A stretch of 64,000 nt of DNA from Guillardia theta CCMP2712 (Eukaryota; Protista; Cryptophyta): the NCBI RefSeq assembly GCF_000315625.1, contig NW_005434636.1, positions 393,298 through 457,297 on the forward strand. The letters run 5' to 3'. Positions 35,201 to 48,325 of this stretch are shown here, piece by piece. The notes below the pieces were generated by a model. That model made no database searches. It saw only the letters and a program-made list of their open reading frames with translations, and was not told the origin of the DNA. Position 1 is the stretch's first letter. Every line of letters begins with the position of its first letter. The position numbers were made by a program, and so were the translations under genes.

Positions 35201-38200
35201 CAGCTTTGTCAAAGAAAGCTGGAGGTGCACCTGGAGCTTCTGCTCGAGTCAGCATAGCCAAATACCAAGGTGCAAATATGGCGGGAAAGGTGAGAACTCT
35301 TTCGTGATGATTCTTCTCTCAATGTGAGTTCAAGACGGGAAGACCTCCTTGTTACCTGCTCGCTACCGGTACCTATGATTATTTGCAACTGAGCACGATT
35401 TCTGAATTTCGATTTGCAGAGGGAGACTCTGCCAAGGATCTTGCTGTTGCTGGAATGGAGATTGTGGGACGAGATTGCTATGGTGTAATACCCCTGCGGT
35501 GTGTTTTGATCAGAAGGTCATGTTTTTTTGACGCACTCCTGATTCGTGCATATACCAGAGGAGTGATTAGGAATGTGAGACCAGCCAAAGTGAATGCTAA
35601 AGTAAGTACTAGGACTGTGAAGACTTTGTCTTTGTGAATTATGTTGGAAGGTGTTGAAGGACTTCCTGAAGAATGCCGAATTGGCTGCAATCAACAAGGT
35701 GAATTGTTATCGTAAAGGTGTTCTGCTCAATGCTGTATCAGGTCCTTGGGTTGCAATTTGGGGTTGAATACACACCGGAGAACGTTCATCGCTTGTTAAG
35801 ATACGATCACTTCGTTATTTTCTGCGATCAAGTATGGTTATAAACCTCTTTTGTGAGTTGCTGACGAGCTTCGCTAGGATCCAGATGGAGCACACATCGC
35901 TGGAGAATTGATCAACTATTTCACCATCATGTTCCCTTCTCTCCTTAAAGCGAAACCAGACTTCCTTATGCGTCTTGGAACACCTATCATTCGCCTGAAG
36001 GTACGTAGTGATCCAATGTCCAAACATTCTTACAGATTGGTTAAGCCCAAGAACAAAGGAGAAGAAACAAAAAGTTTCTTCACGACAGCTGCATTCAAGA
36101 CCTTTTTGGCAGATATCCTTTGTTTGCAACATGATTCTAAACGTTCCTGCAGTCTCGTTCTGGAATGACAGATCACGAACTCAAGAGCAAATATAAAGTG
36201 ATTTAATCCTTTTTCAAAGATGGCAAAGATGGTTATCTGATTTCTCCAAAGATAAAATACTTGAAGGGTCTTGCATCATCGAATGAAGATGACGCATATC
36301 ATTACTTTCAGGAAGATATATAATAATTTCTGCTCGAAAATAATTTCTGATTTGCAGAATCTCGATGATCACCTTGTCCCAATCTTATACAAAGATCAAG
36401 AGGATGATGAGGTATGCATCATCTATGAATCTTTTACTCGTCCTAATATATTGAGAATAGGTGGTGGACAAATGGTTTCGGAAGAATCGTGCAGATGCCA
36501 GAAAGGTATATCCTTCTTAAAATTCACCACTATTGAGTGTAAGAACGCAGGTTCTGCTCAGCAGGCCATATGATCCAGATGTATGTGTTGACTATTCATC
36601 AAAACAAATCACCTTTCCGTACTATTTTGAAAAGTATTTGCTTTTCTAGATTGCATGTTATTGAATATCTCTTGTTTTTACCGCTTCTACAGGGAATACA
36701 TTCACTTTCCTCACTATGCAATTTATCGAACGATTCCCAACGTTATGGATGGCTTCAAACCCTCACAGCGAAAAGTTGATTCACATCTAGCGATTTTTCA
36801 ACGTGATTTGCTGTATGCAGGTGATGTATACTGCAATCAAAAGAAAGTTCAAAGATCCCATAAAAGTCGTGCAATTTGCTGGAGCTGTCCTTGAGACCGC
36901 AGCATATCACCACGGTGATGCAGCTCTACAAGTATAACCTAATTGTTCTCCCTGCATTTCTTTTGACATTATGCTAGGGGGCAATCATTGCAATGGCCCG
37001 TCGTTTCTGCGGTTCGAATAACATCAACCTTCTACATCCTGATGGACAAGTTGATTTCCTTTTTCTGCTTCGCTATATCGAATAATCTTCAAATCTTTTG
37101 CTTAGTTCGGTTCAAGACATTCTAACCACGCAGGAGCTGCAAGGTAGGAATTCTTCTGTCGTGATTGACATCGTTTCATGATGGACTGCGTTAGGTATAT
37201 CTCAGCAGGGCTCGAGAAGATAACTCGATCCATATTCAGACCAGAAGATGATCCAATACTGGTTGTCAAACTCCACTGTGACTACAGCAGCATGAGACGT
37301 TTATGTCAGGAATATCAAAACGAAGACGGACAAGTGATCGAGCCTAAATACTTTCTTCCTGTGGTGCCGATGGCGTTGATCAATGGATGTGAAGCTGGAA
37401 TCGCTGTGGGATGGTCTTCGTTTGTTCCTATGTACAACCCAAGGGACGTCTTGAATTGGCTTCGAGAGCGTCTGAAACAGTGCAGAGATCAGGTATGGTG
37501 AATGATTGAGAAAGGTCCGTGATTTCGTCTGTAGGATGCAAGTGGCTATACGATCGATGCTTCGATCCCGGGGTAAAATGCTTATGTTTGTTTCGCAAGA
37601 TTCTTGACTACTCGGAAGGGTGCTTGATGCAGCTCTCAGCCAAACTAGAGAGGAAACCGACACTTTGGAGAAGATGAATGACAACGAGGGGCAGGCAGAT
37701 GCTGTGGAAGCCAGGGCGGATGATGTCAGCGTAGAAGAGGATGGAGAGGAAAATCAGATGACGGATACGGACATTCCGTCCACGAGCAGCAAGATTACCT
37801 CTTCTGTTCGAGCAGCCATGAAGAATGATGGTGCAGAATCGCCTGACAGCAGTTTCTCGTCTAAGTCTCGCTTCAGGATACACCGACGTACTCGTACCAT
37901 GGTATGACGGTTTCGATGGGGAGGTGAGGAGATCCTGCGATGAGATGCAAATTTCTTACTTCCTCCCAAGATTTTCCGAACAGGACCACACTCCTACAAA
38001 CTACGAGGAAAGGCAGAATACTTCGAACCTCTCAAGAAAGGAGCCCACGGAACTGTCGTAGTGACCGAGGTGTCGTATCCTGACCCTTCTCGTCTATGGT
38101 TGATTTCAGTGCAGGTCGGTCCAACCGTCCGGTCCGATGCGCTGCGAGAGGCCTGGAAAGAACGATGGGGTCCAGCAGAAGTCAAGGTTTGTCATTGCCT

Positions 38201-40092
38201 CATCCCCTTGAGATCGATTCGAATTGTTGCCCAGGATGCTAAACGCAAGAAAGCAAGCGAAGGCCACCAGTTTTTGAAGGACGAGCAGGTGAAGCTACCT
38301 TCCTTACTCAATTCCTTGCATGTTCTGTCCTACTTGTTTGCTTCTTGCCTTCTCTCTCATCTCATCTCTCCCACAGATCCACAACACGGCAACCAAAGTG
38401 CACATCGAGCTTTTCGTAGATCCGCAAAAGATTCGAGCTGCTGCTGGTGTGAGCAATCCAAAGAAGGTGACTCTGATCTGCCTGTGACTCCCCCTTGATC
38501 ACCTGCTGCAGCACTTGACCCTGGAGAAGCTGGAAAAGATTCTAGGAATCTCTGAGAGCGGTGCCAACCAATGTGCGGCAACGACAGGAACTCATGACTG
38601 TTAATCACAGTCAGCACCACCAACATGCATCTCTTCGATGCAGGAATGACCATGAGGAGGTTTGCGACACCAGGCGAGCTCCCGCTCTCTCACACTCCTC
38701 CCTTGTCTCTGTTCCTCTGTCGTCCTGCAGTCTCTTGTACTTGTTCCTCGAGAAGCTCTGATCTCCATTGCTTTGCGAGGCGCGAAGTGACCTGAGTTTC
38801 CAGAGGCTATCCTGGAGCATTTCTTTCGCCATCGTCTCATCGGCTACGAGAAACGAAAGGACTATCAGGTCCAAGTGCGAAGTTCCCCATGTTCATCCTG
38901 ACTGCAAGGGTGCAGGTGAGGGAGATGCAGGCCAGGGTGGAAGAATGTTCCAACAAGGCAAGGAGTGATGTTATTCCTTTCTTTCTTGACGAGCCTGTTC
39001 AGGCGCGCTACTGCACGATGGTGCATGACGGAGAGCTATCGATCGTGAAGAAGACAGTGGCGCAGGTTGAGTAGCGAAGTGGCCGTCTAGAAGACCTGAC
39101 AGTGAAGATAGAGAGAAAAAGATCTTGCCGATGCAAATTTCACGAAACTTCTTCCAAAGTCGAAGAGGTAAAGAGATCTTCTGAAACGTGCGATCCACCT
39201 GACTGCTTCCTGCAGAGACGCTGCAGAAGATGACGAGAATCGAGAAGGTGACGATGACAAGGGCGGCAGGAGAAGAAACTTATACTGGCTCCCAGCGAAC
39301 AACTCGACGAAAGAAACTGCACTACCGTCCTACGACTACCTTCTCCGAGTCCCAACTCTGGTTCCTCCTCCTGCTCCTGTTCCTCTCAATCATTTGAACC
39401 GCATCCTTGCTTTAGAGCTGCACCACTGAGCATGCCAAGAAACTGCGTGAAGAGGCGAAGAGACTGGAGGGGCAGCTGCAGGAGCTGATGAAGACTGACC
39501 TTATCACTATGTGGGAGAAGGACTTGAACGAATTCGAAGAAGCTCTCAATGACTTTTCGTCGAGAAAGTATGACGCTCTGAACAAGAACATTAAGAATCG
39601 GCCTCAGGTCTTGATCCTCCTCAACGAAAAATCGCTGATACCACCTGCAGCCTCCGAAGCGGCGGCATAAGAAGGAGATCATGGCAGAGAGGAGAATTCA
39701 GGTGGGGCTGACGAGTGAGAGACGTGGATCTGAACATCGGTTGTAGATGAAGGAGGAGAGAGAAGACGCAGAGAAGAAAAAGAAGGTGGCCGGGCTGTTC
39801 TGAGTTTCATCGCAGCTGACACACTCTCAGAAAACCATGATTCACATGCAAGAGAAACAGGAGAAAGATCGAATGGTTTCTTCCAAATCCCTTGTGCTAG
39901 GTTGCCGGCTGAAAGAGCAACAGGTGCGAGAGATGAAGCGACGAGCGATCATGCACAACAGCCCGACAGCGAAAGCTGTGTTGAAGCAAGTGAAGGAGCC
40001 GGGGGGGAGGAGGGGCTCTTGACTGCATCTCGCAGGTGTTAAACAACACCACAAGTCCCTCCAAGGTCGAACTTCTTTCTAAGATTAAATGA
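32232..40092 (+). CDS. TOP2: DNA topoisomerase II (type IIA), extremely intron-fragmented, with N-terminal leader
   Basis: Ordered motifs across micro-exons: LRRPDMWIG, FDEIIVNAVD, VWNDGPGI, GRFGVGAK, QTKEKL, EGDSAK, PLRG, DQDPDG.HI, IPNVMDGFKPSQRKV, AYHHGD, GSNNINLL.P.GQFGSR, AARYI (catalytic Tyr), IEPKYFLPVVPM.LING..GIAVGWS, PWYDGF. Termini inferred. Confidence 0.9.
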
Positions 40093-40166
40093 ATTCAATT
40101 GTCTATCTACATGCTCTTTCACCTTTATCAACGTCCTCTCACCATATGTTAACATGATTGTTTTCT

Positions 40167-43100
40167 TCATCTCTCTGAGCTTGCTGAGCTCCCAGAATTC
40201 GTTGCCTGCACGCACATCAGTACCTGGCCGCATTCCCTCCCTCCCTCCCTCCCTCCCTCCCTCACCCTGGAGGGGTTTCTTCGCGGTAGGTTCGGGGGCT
40301 TCTTGGACGACGGAGGAGGAGGAGGAACGTCAGGGCTCAAGGCGGCTCGGCTGCTCGGCTGCTTGTCTGAATCAGCCAGCTTGGCGAGGTTCTGCATGAA
40401 GTCAGAGGAGGAGGAGAGAAGCTGGGAGTACTTTGGCTTTGAGGGCCAAGGCGAGGCGAGGGGGGAAGCGAGAGGCGTCAAGGGGAGGTAGCTTCTGCCT
40501 CGCTCGACTGCCCTGGCCTTGGCTGAGGAGAAACTTTGTAAGGAGCAGCTGAGGGAGGGGAGGAGGACTTGCCTCGCTGCAGCTGAATGGACCTCCTTCA
40601 TCTTCTTTGCTATAATGTCGAAGTGAGTAGGAAGGCAGAGAGCACGTCGATGCCTACGAGGAGGGAGGATCGCGCTGGTGGGCTGTGCGTTGCCTATGAG
40701 GATGATCTCTTCTGTCGGTCTTTTTGTTTCGACATGCTGGCGAAGTCTTTGAGTTGTGCAGCAGAGGAGGGAAGAAGAAGTGAGAGAGGGGGAGGAGAGA
40801 GCAGAAGTGAGTGAGAAGGAGAAGGAGGCGATGAAGAGAGGATAGGAGAACATGCAAGTGAGAAACTACCTTGGAGAGGTCGTAGAGGTCCTCGTCACTC
40901 TGCTGGATGGCAGCTGGAGCTTCCAACCTTGACTGCTGTTCAGCAGGGCAAGAGCTGAGAAATCTCTCACCCCTCCGAGTGCGACAAGAACAGATCTTCT
41001 AGAGCAACTTGATCCTCCCCTCGCTGCATTCGCTTCACCTGCGGCGAGTCAGCGACGAGCGACCGGGGTCTCGATACCTTGACGCGATGCAGATGCCCCC
41101 GGTAGACTCTCTGGAGGTCGAGGACAGCCCTGCTGCCACGTCACCTCCCCTTCCTCTCAGTCTCTCCGTCACCGCAGCGTCCTCCTGGTCTGCTCCAGGC
41201 TGGCCTGATTCTGCTGCATGCTCTTTCTCCGACGGATTGCCGATCGATACGTCAAGCCGATGATGACAAAGGCCAAGAGTAGGAGACCTGCTCGGGAGTG
41301 AGAGGAGAGAAGAGCAGGGGAGAGACGGACAAGATGAGCTAAGAACAACGACGAAGGTCTTGCTGTTCCAATACTGGTCAAACTGGGAATATAGCAGAAA
41401 GGAGGAAGGGGAGGAGGAGGAGTGGAGAGGTGGAATGATAGGAGAAGAGCAAAGTTTGAGAGAGCAAGGAAATATCGAGAGATGGGAAAGGAGAGGAGCC
41501 GGAGCGGAGAAAGCAGGAGCATCGTTCTATAGCCTGACAGCAAACCTGATGATCGTACGACTCGGCTGAGGCTCCCAGACTGCAGAAGAGAGAGGGAAGG
41601 TAGCGATCACCTGCCTGAAGTCAGCCAGGGAGGAGGATGAGGAGGAGGAGGAGGAGGGAGGAGGAGGAGGGAGGAGGGAGGAGGAGGAGGATGGGGAAGA
41701 TGGGCAGGATGGGCAGGAGGAGGAGGAGGAGGGAGGAGGAGGAGGAGGAGGAGGAGGAGGAGGATGGGGAGGAGAAAATCGGGGTGTAACAGGTGGAGGA
41801 GCAGGAGGGGAGACTTAGTGACTCACGTTTCCGTCCGACGATCGGACGACGAGCGGGTATCCAGAAGAGCCCACGACAACCTGCCATCCTCTAGCCTGCA
41901 GATCGGTCGAGATCTTTCCGCTCTGGAGCCAATCGCTGAGCTTCCGTGCGATGGTGAGGGATTCCGTGGAGGAGGAGGCGACGAGGCGGAAGAGGATGTA
42001 TAGGATGGAGCCAGTTGCTCTGATAGACCCGAACCATGACTCGTCTGCACAGAAACGGGAGGAGGAGGAGGAGGAGGAGGAGGAGGAGGAGGAGGAGGAG
42101 GAGGAGGAGGAGGAGGAGGAGGAGGAGGAGGAGGAGGAGGAGGAGGAGGATCAGCCATGGTCATGTAGAGTGAATTGGACCTCTTCGTTGAATCTGAACA
42201 TTCTCTTGATACCATGCAGCAACTATCACGACATCTTCCATTCGAAAACTCGAACCAACCGCGATCGCTGTCGCAGTCTGGCAGGAACCCCGTGAGAAGC
42301 TTGTGGGAGACAGTCCGCGAGATATAAGGCGAAGAGAGTAGATGTAGAGGANNNNNNNNNNNNNNNNNNNNNNNNNNNNNNNNNNNNNNNNNNNNNNNNN
42401 NNNNNNNNNNNNNNNNNNNNNNNNNNNNNNNNNNNNNNNNNNNNNNNNNNNAGAGGAGAGGAGTGGTTGAGGTAGAGGAGAGGAGAGGAAGAGGATGAGG
42501 AAGAGGAAGAGGAAGAGGAATAGGAAGAGGAAGAGGATGAGGAAGAGGAAGAGGAAGAGGAAGAGGAAGAGGAAGAGGAAGAGGAAGAGGAGGAGGAAGA
42601 GGAAGAGGAAGAGGAAGAGGAAGAGGTTGAGGAAGAGGAAGAGGAAGAGGAAGAGGAAGAGGAAGAGGAAGAGGAAGAGGTATAGGAACAGGAAGAGGAA
42701 GAGGAAGAGGAAGAGGATAAGATAATAATGAACAGACAATGGAGGAGGAGGTGGTGGTGATGGAGGATACTGGGACAGAAGACCTGAAAAATGTTGACTT
42801 GAGCTGCTCCATACTCAACTCTTCCGCTAGAGCTTCGGAGGGAGATATTGCCCTGCACTCCAACCACACGCCGGTGAGAGAGGAAAGGGAAGTTGAAGAT
42901 TTAGATGAAGACGAAGATGATGAAGACGAAGACGAAGATGAAGATGAAGATGAAGATGAAGATGAAGATGAAGATGAAGATGAAGTGGAAGAAAGCATCA
43001 CCTGCACATAAAACCACGATCCTGTCAGCTGCGGACTCTGAGACACATCCCCTCCTCCTCCTCCTGTCTCGAGCGTGCAGTTGGTACTGCAACCGTCTCC

Positions 43101-45058
43101 ATTTCTCCTGTTCCCGTCGTCGCACTGCTCCTTCCCCTTCACCAGCCCATCCCCACAGACTGTAGTGCAGTAGGAGGCGTTCTGCGCAGTGATGGTGCAT
43201 GAGAAACCTGCCTCGATGGTACAGATGCTGCTGCATCCTAGGGAGAGGTCAGAGAAGAGCTCTAAGAACATCAGTGGAAAGAGGAGCAGAGCGACGGGGG
43301 TGGGGGGGACAGCAGGAGCAGGAGGAGAAAAGGGAGTAGACGATATAGAGAAAGGTACGCAAGCAAGAGAACGAAGGAGAATCAAGAAAAGGGACAGGGA
43401 AAATACGAGAATAAACTGGATGCAACGAGCAAGGGGAAGAGAGGGAGGAGGTGAGAGGGGTTTGCAAGGGGAGGACGAGGGAAGGGCAGGAGACAAGAGG
43501 GCTGACCATCTCCGTTCACATGATTGTTGTCATCGCACAACTCCGACCCCACCACAAGTCCATCACCACAGATGGGCGAACAGAAGGAGAAGGAAGGAAC
43601 CTGAAGCAAATCACCCGCCTTCTCCTCCTCCTCCTCCTCCTCCTCCTCCTCCTCCTCCCCCTCTCCCTTCTTGCCCCCGCCCCGCCCCTGCCTCCTCTCC
43701 GTCTCCCCCTTGCACCTTGCAGAATTCTCTACAACTGTTGGAGCAGGTGAAGCCTCGCTCGACGGAGCAAGAGGTCGAGCACCCGTCCCCCCCTCTCAGG
43801 TTCCCGTCGTCGCAGCCCTCCGTCCCCTCTGTCGCTCCATTCCCGCACGTGGAGCGCATGTAAACTTTCAACTTCGAGTCTCCAACATCTGAGATCATCA
43901 GCGGATTCCCTCGCTCATCGTACGCCATCCCTGCTGGAAATGTCAGCCTTCCCCTCCCCACCCTCCCGTCATGTCGCTCCCCCTCGCTCTCCTTCACGTC
44001 ACCTTCGGGATCAACGAAGGCGCTGCTGGAGGAGGAGCTTCCTGGAGCAGTTTCGATCCGACCAGAGGAGAAGTCGATCATGCGCAGGCGGTTGTTCCCC
44101 TTGTCGATGAGGACGATGACGTTGACTCGCTGCGGGTTGAAGGTGATTCTCTTTGGCCTGTTCAACTGCATCTCAACATGTCAGCCTGACGTTCGTCCTC
44201 TTCACACAGCACCTTGGATGTGATGAGTAGCCCGTCTTGGAAGCCCGCAGTGCATCCCGACGAGCTGCAACCTGAACCTGCTACCGTCGAGACTCTCCCT
44301 TGGAACAGGTCGATTCTTCTAATCGCGTGGTTCTGCGTATCTGCCACCATGACGAGCTTGTTTTCGTTGGTAAAATCGGGATGTGCAGTGATGCCGGTCG
44401 GGTTGTAGAACAGCGAGGCAGCAAGCAAGCCATCCGCATACCCTGATCTTGTGGCACCTGCGATGGTTGTGACGGTCATTGCTGTTAGGTCGATTTGCCG
44501 TATCATGTTGTTGCTCGTATCAGCCACGAAGATGAACTTGTCCTGGGGATCCAGAGCGATGGACGTCGGGCTGTTGAAGGAAGCAGCACTTGCAGGTCCA
44601 TCCTGACTTCCTAGGCAGCTGCTGCTGCGAGGGCAGCCAGCTATCGTTGTGACCACACCTGTCATCGCATCGATGCGCCTGATTGCATGATTGTTGGTAT
44701 CTGCCACTGCAAGCCATGAGCCGTCTTTCGAGAACGCGATGTCCAGCGGACTGTTAAACCTCACGATCTTAGCCTGTCCATCTTGATACCCGGCGCTTGA
44801 GGGACCAGCAAGATGGCTCGGATTCAAGTCGCTCTTTGACAGCGAGTAGAGGTCAACTCCGAAGGGGCCCAGCAAGGTTTCCCAATACACTACAGCTGCA
44901 ACATAGCCTTCGTTTCCACCATAGTCATGCACAGAGCATGCGTATGCGTTGCGAACTGAGGAGGCCAACGTAGTGACGCTCCAGTCATCCGCGAGGGAGA
45001 GCGCTAGGCAGGAAAGCAAGGCAAGAATAGGTCCTAGACTAGATGCCAGCGCCTTCAT
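40167..45058 (-). CDS. Cell-surface protein: signal peptide + NHL beta-propeller repeats + Myxococcus-type Cys-rich repeats + TM + cytoplasmic tail
   Basis: Signal MKALASSLGPILALLSCLALSLA. NHL repeats FNSP.DIA..VADTNNHAIRRID. Repeats CGNG..EG.EGCDDGN..GGDGCS.SC.VE and CGDGLV.G.E.CDDGN..GDGCS. TM LLLLAFVIIGLTY followed by RSAIRRRK. Spans an N-gap. Confidence 0.75.
41625..43660. repeat. Cluster of purine microsatellites: (GGA)n 41625-41770 and 42058-42150, (GAGGAA)n 42452-42720, (GATGAA)n 42903-42985, (CCT)n 43620-43660
   Basis: Directly visible; mostly within or near introns of the NHL gene. Confidence 0.9.
42352..42451. other. Assembly gap (100 N)
   Basis: N run next to the (GAGGAA)n microsatellite. 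Confidence 0.99.
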
Positions 45059-45109
45059 AGAGCGACGTGATGTACTCTCCGAGTTTAAGTTTCAAAGTTC
45101 TCATACCAT

Positions 45110-45235
45110 CTTTTGTTCTGTTCTTTTCTCAGTTCTGTTCTGGTCTGTTCTCAATTCTGTTCAGTTCTGTTCGGTTCTCTGTTCTGTACTGCTCTCAGTT
45201 CTAGTTCTGTTCTGTTCTCAGTTCTGTTCTGTAGG
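45110..45235. repeat. Degenerate (GTTCT/TCAGTTCT)n pentamer repeat just upstream of the NHL gene
   Basis: ttgttctgttcttttctcagttctgttctggtctgttctcaattctgttcagttctgtt... Confidence 0.8.
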
Positions 45236-45596
45236 TTTGTTGCCGCCTCATTCACACTGCATCATTCCATCTCATCTCAAACTGCCATCAATTTGGGTTG
45301 TGACTGCACTCCAGCGACTCCCGGCTACAGTCCGTCCAGCCTGATCGGACCGGGCCTCGGCCGGGCCCCCGGCCCGGCCCGGCGGCCGCACTGTGACCCG
45401 CCGGTCTTCCAGTCGAAGTTCAACTTACCTTAGAGTAAACTTGAAAGGCCCTCAAATTCAATCGGAGTAAAATGTTGTCCACGTACTGATTTTCAACTTA
45501 ACTTCAGTGCCTAGGTGTAGCAGTCACGGCGGCCGTTATGTCACCGGGCCCGGGCCGGGCGGCGCCCGGCCGGTCGGGCGAGTACCTTGGGCTGAT

Positions 45597-45633
45597 GTAT
45601 AAAGGGGTATAAGATGTATAAGGTATGTATAAG
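45597..45633 (+). promoter_or_regulatory. Four near-tandem GTATAA (TATA-like) boxes ending ~20 nt upstream of ATG 45653
   Basis: gtataaagggGTATAAgatGTATAAggtatGTATAAg immediately before the start codon; function inferred. Confidence 0.45.
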
Positions 45634-45652
45634 CTCAGGGCGAAGGGGCGCC

Positions 45653-48325
45653 ATGTCTCACAGCCTGTCGGGGGGTAGACGGCTGCTGGTCGGCTGCCTG
45701 CTGCTGCTGCTGCTGACAACACAAGCGAGCGAGGGAGCGAAGATGCCGGCTGCTGCCAGCAGCTCACAGACGAGGGGGAGCCAGGACAAGCATGTCGGGT
45801 TCAAGACGCTCGTTAGGGAGTCGAAGGATGCAGAGAAGCTGCTGTCTGCGTCCAAGCAGGAGGCCGAGAAGAGCCGCATGCAGCGCGACGCCATCGCTCA
45901 AGACCTGGACGAGCGTCTGGTACAAGACCCCAACGCTCTCCAGTGCAAATGCAATCATGCGGCCCGCTGGGCAATCGTCAAGAAAGCAAAGCAAGTGCTG
46001 CTCAAGGAGGAAGGGGCCCCAGACTCTGCGGATGCGAGCGAGGGTTGTCCTTGCAAATCGACGCTGGTTCAAGCAGTCACTAAGGTGTTGGAGCAGAAGT
46101 TGAGCCTGCTCGAACAACAGCTCGGATCACGCACGTCTGCGGAGCTCGCAATGCAGAGAGCTTTGGTGGCTATGCGCCTTCCCAAGTTCCTTGCAGGGGA
46201 TCTCGCGAAAGAGTTGGACCAGAAGTTGGCCGCCAAAGCCAAACTGAGTCATGCGAGCGCCAGTGAGCCAGATGAGAATGAAGGCGAGGAGGACGAGGAG
46301 GCGAAAGGAAGCGACGTTGACGTGCCTGAAATCAATGTGGTTGTGAACAACAACATGGATGGGGAAGAAATGCAGGAGGAGAGTCAAGGGAACAGCACTT
46401 TCAATCATGATTACCATCCCTACTTCCATGCCTACAAATATCCTCCATCATACATCCAAGGAGATCAAGAGCACACCTCGTCAGGGAAAAGACCTTACAT
46501 TGGGCGAAACTACAACATTGTGGTCAATGTGAACAACTTCTTGGAACCAGGGTATCATCGACCCTTGTGCACTACCATCCCTTGCTCGAGGATTATTCAA
46601 GCGCAGCATCATCTTCACAGACAGTTCTTGAACGAGGACAAGGAACACAGTGGAAGTATCAAGTCACTTTGTTGAATTCGTGTTTCACTGACCTCCTGTT
46701 CTTAGAACCGTCACAAGCGATGTACGCTGATAAGGTATGGGTGCCACACTGCGAGCGGAAGATTGCTGATGATGAGCAGCAGGCTGCAACGCGTAAGTTA
46801 GAGAAAGTAGAGACCTTGAGACCAGGTTTCGATTGATTGTTATGCGTTTTTGCTATCTTTGCCATTTGTTGTGTTGCACGATACTGAAGGTGACTCAGAT
46901 ACTGCTAAATCGACATCAAGTGACCCAACGCATCAAGCCCATGTTGTAAGTTCAAGACGAGCACGTCTTCTGATGCTCACTCGCGTCTCCTAGGAGAAGG
47001 CGAAGACGGTGCAGGGCAAGGGAAAGTTCGAAGATGCTCGAGAAAGGCTGAAGGAGGCTGCTGAAACTCTGGAGAAGATTGCAGAAGACAAGGCTGCGAA
47101 AATAAGTCAGTGCCGCTGACTTGATCTCGAAGGAACTGAAGACTTGTTAGGATCAAACATGCACCAAGTCCAGAGGAGCGTACCAGAGCACCCCAAGGAT
47201 AAGATTCAATTTGCAACCAGAACGACCAAGCTGCATGAATTCACCGATCGCTTTCATGTTATCTTACCGAAACCATTGAAGACAAGTGTGTGAAGATCAC
47301 CTGGAAGGGATGATGTTTGTTTCGTTGACCGCTCTCCTCAGAGAAAGTCTCCAAGTGGGTCAACCCGAGATCTCTGCTCGGGCACAGGTCCTCATGTCAC
47401 AAGTCTCTTGACTAGCGATGCTTACACATCTAAAGGGGCAAATCTGAGGAGTTAAGTGGAGATGAGGCAAGCAAGGACTTGTCAAGCTACTTCAATGCTT
47501 TCAGCAACCATCGGTGCGCAACTATCTTGCTCTACTCAGTTTGTGTACTGACATTACACGTTGCTAGGAAAACAGTGAAGGTGAAAATCTCAGAGTGTGC
47601 ACGAAAGTGCTTGTAAGCTTGTTGATTGCAGCATGGCCAAAGTCAAGGGAATATCAAGCGATCAACAGGATCCGTAACATGGCATGCGCCTAAACCGGAG
47701 GGGTAAGTTGCTCTTGCTGCCCTGCCTCCCTTCCCTCCTCTCCCTCACCTCCTCACCTTCTTGAATGGTTGAGATTCCTGACTTGCGTCTGCAGGGAAAC
47801 AGACAGGAGAGCAAGACATGACCTGTTCTCTTACTTCGATCACTTGGCCCCTCACCCGAAGCAGCACATCAACACTTGGCTGGATGACTCGCACGTCCTC
47901 CCTTCTGTTGACAACCGCTTTCATGCAAATGAAGTGATTGTTCGCTCTGTTGAAAGTCTCGTCTGATGAATGTATGGTAGAAGCGAAGAGTTAGCAAGAA
48001 CTACCATTACATATCGATAGGTGAGTCCTGTAAATGATGGGTTGGTTATAATACCTGTGATTTCGTTTTTTGTGTTATCTGAGCGATCCTGTTGATGATG
48101 ATGATGACAACGTCAACGTCAACGAAGACGGACCATGACGATGATGTGCCTTATCAGGCGCAGAGGGGCACAACAACGCGATGCACGACATCAATCAATA
48201 CTATAACTCATTAGAGGACAGGCAACGTTAACTTTGTTTCGCTGGAGTGAGGACTGATGGTGTTGGCAGGACGGGAAAACACTGATGTTGCTGATCACCA
48301 GCTTTATCGACCTGATGTGAAATAA
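45653..48325 (+). CDS. Secreted lineage-specific protein (spliced; 3' end approximate)
   Basis: Signal peptide MSHSLSGGRRLLVGCLLLLLLTTQASEG. A long first exon is followed by many short exons with a recurring A..DL.SYF..L motif. Confidence 0.6.

Noticed and set aside
32232-40092. TOP2 as a pseudogene or endogenous giant-virus gene
   Set aside because: Breaks coincide with GT..AG intron-sized gaps, catalytic motifs are intact, and there are no flanking viral genes.
41823-43496. Poly-LP, poly-FL and poly-RK ORFs
   Set aside because: Microsatellite translations spanning an N-gap; only the Cys-rich segments look exonic.
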